From contig NW_027117345.1 of assembly GCF_038025025.1 (NCBI RefSeq), forward strand, positions 124,001 to 188,000: a DNA stretch of 64,000 nt. The letters are read 5' to 3'. A program made the position numbers and the translations under genes. The notes beneath the pieces are model-generated. The model did no database searches and was not told the DNA's origin. It saw nothing but the letters and a program-made list of their open reading frames with translations. Below, one piece after another: positions 58,380 to 64,000 of this stretch; positions within the stretch are counted from its first letter, which is position 1; each line of letters starts with the position of its first letter. This DNA is from Phyllosticta citribraziliensis (lineage: Eukaryota).

Positions 58380-61300
58380 CTGCCGTCTCTCTCTCACCCT
58401 TTGGGCTGCTCACAGCGGTGGGTAGTTAGTCGACTATGTGGTTGGTAAGGTATGCCGGGCAGAGTTGGTGCGGCAACCGACCACGCATCCATGCACTGCG
58501 CCGACCCATCCGACTGTCCTGTCCACCTCGAGTGCTGAGTGAGGTTTCCATTCTTTTGGCCTGCTCGGTGTTTGCGATGTCAAGTCGGCTTTGCTTCGCC
58601 TTTCGCCGAGCTTCTACACTCCACCTACCTGTCATCCTGCAAGACCTGCTGCCTCTCTGCTCTCTTACTATGTCTACTCGCCGCACTTGGCGTTATGGAG
58701 AGGAGAACAGATGATGGCATCACGAATGGCTGACAGACAGAGAGTTGCGCGCCCAGCAAGCTAACCGACCGGCCAACCTGTCACGCACGCACTCCACAGT
58801 AGCGCATCAACGCCCGTCCCGCTGCCACTACACACACGCTCCATCATCAACATCATCCGCCAAAGCCACCGTCGAAGGCGCCTGCGCCTGGGTACAGCGA
58901 CCTACTGCAGGTACCTTTCCCCGTCATCACGCCTCTGTTTCCGGTGCACTTTGGTCGTTCTCGTCTTACTTCGTATCACTGATTCAGCAAGCCGACTTCT
59001 CTATTCAGTTGAGCCACGCACCTGACGCGCTCATCGGTCGTTGCTTTTTGTTGTGCGTGCTTCAGTCTCTGTCGCCCCCACGTCGTCAATGGCGCAAATT
59101 GCTACGTGTTTCCCAACTCCCCAACGCGAGGTTACCACAGTACGTCTTCGCATCTCTGGCGATTTCGTTTGGGAAGTCGGGGCTCGCGAAAGGTTGCTGG
59201 CTGCGGCTCGTGCAGGCAGACCGGCTAGACAGACGCGCATCGCGACGCGTCTCGCGGCGCGTACAGCACAGCGCGCTACACACGGCGTGCGCTCGAAGAA
59301 GCGAAAGCGGAAGAGGTGAGGTCGGCAGCTTGCGCGGACGGCTGCTTGTTTGCTCGCGGCGCTGCTGCTGCTGCTACGGCGGCGTCACGTTGCACGCGCG
59401 GTCTTCCTGCTACACAAAGCACGACGACAATGCCCAGCACCGTGTTCGATGGGTTCGCGTTGGCTCCGCCGTCGGGCTGGGCGCTGCGTGCCATGTCTGG
59501 CGCGGTACCTACGTGGTCGACGACGGCTACGGTACGTACCCTTTGTGCCACGCGCGTACCCTAGGGACGTGTCTGGGTGGTTGGGTCTCGCGCGCTCTCG
59601 GTTGGCTGGCTGCATGTCGCAGGAACAGGTCGCGAGGTGTCCAGACATGACGCAGCGCAGCGCGGTACGCAAAATAGAGGTGGTGAGTGGACTGACAATG
59701 ATGAGGGCTGGATGGCTGGTAAGCAAGCAAGCACAACGACGACGACGAAAAATATGCGGAACAGACTGGCTCATGCCATGAGGCGCGCGCGTCGTCCTGC
59801 ACAGCCTGGGCGGGCGGTTGTGCCATCTTTTCGATCCACGCATGCATGTTGAGCCACATGTTTCTGCCGGCGTCAGCGTCGTCCATCCATCCGTCAAAAG
59901 AGTCGTTGCAACCCATGCGGTGCAGCAGCGCTGCTCGTCACTGTATATCCAACCAGTGACGTCGGCTCTGAGAATTCACATTGGCAGACTTCTTGCCTTC
60001 TTTCCATTGACCTTGCTGCTCCGAGACCGAGCGAATGAAGCAAAACAGGGCTGAGTGACGTCGAGTGGTCAGCCTTGCCAGCAAAAACAGCCTCGCGCCT
60101 CTTCTTTTCTGCGATGCTTCCTTCTTATTCGGGAAGTGTATCCAGCCGAACGTATCGTACGGGTATTAATGGTCGATTTCAAGCCACGACAGGTGTTTTC
60201 TAAACAGCGCCATCAATACACGAGACACTTACAGCCTGCATACTGTACGTGGTCAATACTTTCTGCATGTCTGCTCTCGACCAACCGACCAATCAGATAA
60301 TTGCTGGCATATTAGTTCTCCGCATTTTCCTCTGCTGCTGTCTGCGGCTGTGATTGGCTCGCTGGCTAGCTGGCTCGCTCGCGTTGCAGAGGGAACGAAC
60401 GGCACGCATGCACGCATGCACGTCGGCCAGCCCGCATAGCGACAGCCACCCACGACCTGCAGCAGCCAGCGACGGGGGCGGCCGGTTCCCGAACACGGGC
60501 GGACGGACATACAGTACAGTACACCCATCCATCTGCATCAACGTCGAACGACAGTCCCGCAGGGAGCGGAGAAAGAATGGAGAAGGCAAAGAGAGGGGAA
60601 GAAGGGAGATGGAGCGGTGAGTGAAGAATGGCTGAACATGACCTGCTTCCCCAGCTGGGGATCCGTGTGTGGGTGGGTGCTCGTGCCGCCGGCTGCTGGA
60701 CAAGTGACTCTGGCTAGCAGAGCTTGTGGTCTCGTCACGCACCACATACCGAACATTGTTGAGTGAGCAGCAAGGCCAAGAAGATCGAGTCTCAACGTTT
60801 GAGGGGTGCAAGTTCCAGCCACGGATGGACGAGGCTAGTCGGATTTGAGGGCGAGGTGATCAGGTGTGGTGCAAGTCTTTTTCCGCCCCGCCGTCCAGTC
60901 TGTCCGTCTCTAGCGTCGCTCCAGCCACCCGACTGCAAACTTGACAGTTCCCTGTTCGCTGGCTCCGACCCGCTGGGGTGTCCCTTTTCCGACTGCTCCA
61001 GCATTGTTGGATTTTGCTTCTTTGCGGTTTGGCAAAGCTACTGTACTGCACTGCAAGGCCAACGCTTCTCCGACACCGACTAGTCGGCGGCAGACATCCG
61101 TCACCTCTTCGTTTTTCTGTCCTCCATCTTCTTCAGATATCCCAGACTGCGTACCTATCCATGACACAGTTGCCGCCACGTCGACCAGCCGCTGGCGCCA
61201 AACGCACCAATCATGCCGCTCCGAGGATGTAACGGGCTAGAATTGACATCTAGGTAGCTGGCCAGACCGCGGAGCTGGGAACACTTTTGCGGCCGGTCTC

Positions 61301-63598
61301 AGCTCAGAACAAGGACAAGGGGCATAAACCACCTCCAGCTTGCTCACAGCCTCGAGACGCAATTTGATAGCGCCAGCAGCACATACACAGACTGCCACTT
61401 GCTTGCGCGGAGTTCGCCATCTGCTACTCAGCCGAGAACGAGAGAAGAGGACACCGCGTGCCACGAGCAGTCAAAGGGAAGCCCCGTTTTGCATCGATCC
61501 ATCGAAACATAGATCTGGATGCCTGAACTCTGTTTGCAAAGGCGCGACGAGACGAGACGAGACGAGACGCAAAACGAACTCCCCCACGCTACTACTTCTT
61601 CTCGGCAATCCTCTTGCTCGTCGTCGCATGGACGGTAGATGTCGGCTTTTGAGACGCAGGCGCCGATTTCTCAAATGAGGAACGGCCGTTGGAAATGTGC
61701 AACAATGTACATGCTGCGGCGGTGCCCCGATCTCGCCATTAACTGGGATCGGCTATGGGAATAGAAAAAGCAGTGACAGTCTATATCAGCAAAATCGTGG
61801 CGGTAAAGTGGCGGTGATGGGCACAGCGTCAAGGACTTCCCATAACGGCTGCAGATGAAAGAATATCGCAAGAGCGGACATTGCCGCCGCCGCCGCCGTT
61901 GTTGTTGCTGTTACAGCAAAGGCGCCTGCGAGCCAATCATCAACCCGAAACGACTATAGAAGAGTTCAGCCGGGACAAGAGGAGGAATGAAACAAAGGCA
62001 GGCGGTTGGGCTGGCCAAAGACAAGCAATGACCACAACAACAACAACGGAAGCAGCGGGAATTACCAGCAACGCAGACTCCTCAGCCGGAGCAAAAATGC
62101 CGTGCAAACGGCTTCAACTCCGAAGGCGATGGCAGACGCCGACATCAACTCGCGCCACCGTCTTCCGCGATCACCACGCCGTCGCGGACTGAGCGAGTGG
62201 CCAGGAAAACAGCAGGCAGGCAGGCGATCAGGTAGGTGTTGAGGAAGCGGTGAGCAACACACAGTACAGCTGCGGTCGAATTTGACTTTACGAGGGCGCG
62301 CCGACGGTCCGATCAACTGACCGGACCTTGGCTTTTCTCCCAAGCCAGCAGCGGTAGTCTGGTTAAGCACCGAGCACCGCCGCAGGTGGCAGCCAGCCTT
62401 ACCGTAAACCAAGCATCAAGACCTGGATGCAGACACACCGCCCGCCCGCCCCCCGCGCCGCCCATGAATCGTGGTGGCTAGCTGAAGCCAGAGAGAGAGA
62501 GGGCTGAAGGGCTGAAAAGGGAAAAAAAAAACAGAGTCAGTGTTGTTGACCCAACCCGCCCGCCTGCGCGCCGGACCGGATGGCGGGCGGTCGATCGATG
62601 ACGGCACTGCCGCTGCTTTGCCTTCTCTCCCTTCCTCGCTCGCTGCATGGTCGCCATCTAGGTCACCAAGCATCGCTATACGAGAAAGATTAAGCTTGTC
62701 CATGCTAACCGTCTTGTCCAGAGCAGCCCGTCCACGGCGCCGGCGCCGGGCGGCGGGCGCGAGTCGTTGAGGTGAGTGAGGCCTTGGCCGTTGCTGCGGC
62801 GTGTGGACGGGATGGGCAGCTTTCGTTGTGCTGCTGCGAGGTGATTGACGATGATTTCTTCCTGTTGTCACTATCGCAACCACCCGTCGCCGCTGCGGCC
62901 GGCCACGGCAGTATGAACCTAGGCATGTCTTCCTGTACTGTACGCAAAGTATGCATCAACGCATCAGCAGCCGTCGCGATTTGCGCAACTGAACCTTTCC
63001 AGCGCCGTCTCATTCGTCCATTTCCAAAATTTCCTCCGTCTATCCCGCCATTTCTTCGTCTCGTCTTGCGCCCAGGTCTCAGTGCATTGGACTGCCGTTG
63101 AACTGACCAACGGGGATGCGAAACACGCAACGAGCTCCGAAACTCTGTCTCTGAAGTGAGCAGCAGCAGAACGCAGCGCCTCTTCTCGTCATCCATCCAT
63201 CCATCCATCCACACGCACGTATGTACAGAGAGAGGATCATGTGTGCCTACCCAACCAGCGGCCATACGGCTGTCCATCCATCCGGCTGTGCATGCATGCA
63301 TCCATTGGCGCTTTGTTCGACCATTCGTTCAACATGCAACACCAAAAAGCTAAGCTCGAACCCCCTCCCTCCTTCCCTCTCACTCACTTCTCTCGGCGCG
63401 CACGCCTACAGTGCCTACCCAGTTGTGTACTTACCCCCTATCCGTTCAAGCCCTGCGTTGTCCCTACCACCAACACCGCCATCATGCATATCTCCCTGCT
63501 TTCCGGCTCCGCAGATCAAAACCATCCAACCAACCACCACCCCCTGCTTGATCGCCATGATCCCTCGCTCGCTCCCGCTGCTTTTTACCTTCTTTCTA

Positions 63599-63622
63599 CG
63601 TGCGTGCGTGCGTGCGTGCGTG
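63599..63622 (+). repeat. (CGTG)6 microsatellite
   Basis: Read directly from the sequence. Confidence 0.9.
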
Positions 63623-64000
63623 CCCTCCCTCCACCAGCCACCGCCCCAGCCAAACAGCCAACCAGCCCTATCCACCCACGCACCCGTCTACCCGTCTCCC
63701 TTCCTTCCTTCCTTGTCTATCCCATCCCTTCTCATACGAGCGCCACGTTACCCAGCCAGAACTGCACAAGCCAGGAAATCCAAAATCCAAAATCCAAGAA
63801 ACCAAGGAATGATGAGCCAGGATAGGGGTACGGCAGGGAGAACAATGACAGGGGCAGGGCTGGCAGCAGCAGCAGCGAACAAGGTATTGATGCGCAGTAA
63901 GTAAACAAGGTTAGCGGTTATCCAACGGCCGCGGCGATCACTATGATGATGATGCAACGGCTTGACGGACGCCTCCTCGCTCGATTGGCTTTTGGCCGGT

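Noticed and set aside
58745..59650. 301-aa ORF in the terminal gene-poor region
   Set aside because: Arg/Cys/Ser-rich composition typical of non-coding GC-rich DNA, and it spans microsatellites.

Overview
This is a eukaryotic, intron-containing genomic window from a filamentous ascomycete. The short GT-AG introns with CTAAC/CTGAC branch points and the gene content suggest Pezizomycotina, probably a Dothideomycete (inference). I can support about 20 protein-coding genes. In order: SPF30; a putative aromatic-catabolism cluster (ALDH-like protein, small protein, LigB-type dioxygenase, CocE/NonD hydrolase, FAH+alpha/beta-hydrolase fusion) interrupted by a low-complexity gene; a CBM18-laccase; a nucleotide-sugar transporter; a Gfo/Idh/MocA oxidoreductase; a NACHT-ankyrin NLR head-to-head with a NUDIX gene; a secreted alpha/beta hydrolase; COQ5; BCKDH E1-alpha; a SIS sugar isomerase; ICP55; a SIRT5-like sirtuin; a DEDDh nuclease; and glutaminase GtaA. 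The window ends in about 7 kb of gene-poor DNA. Two signals stand out. (1) An unannotated, highly structured ~300-nt candidate Pol III RNA at ~33575-33876 has a TATA box, A-box, B-box/T-arm, a possible pseudoknot and a T6 terminator, and is flanked by two oppositely oriented degenerate repeat arrays. (2) The catabolic cluster contains two apparently inactive enzyme domains and shares a CGG-N13-CCG promoter motif. All exon boundaries and RNA structures were derived by eye, and no database searches were run.
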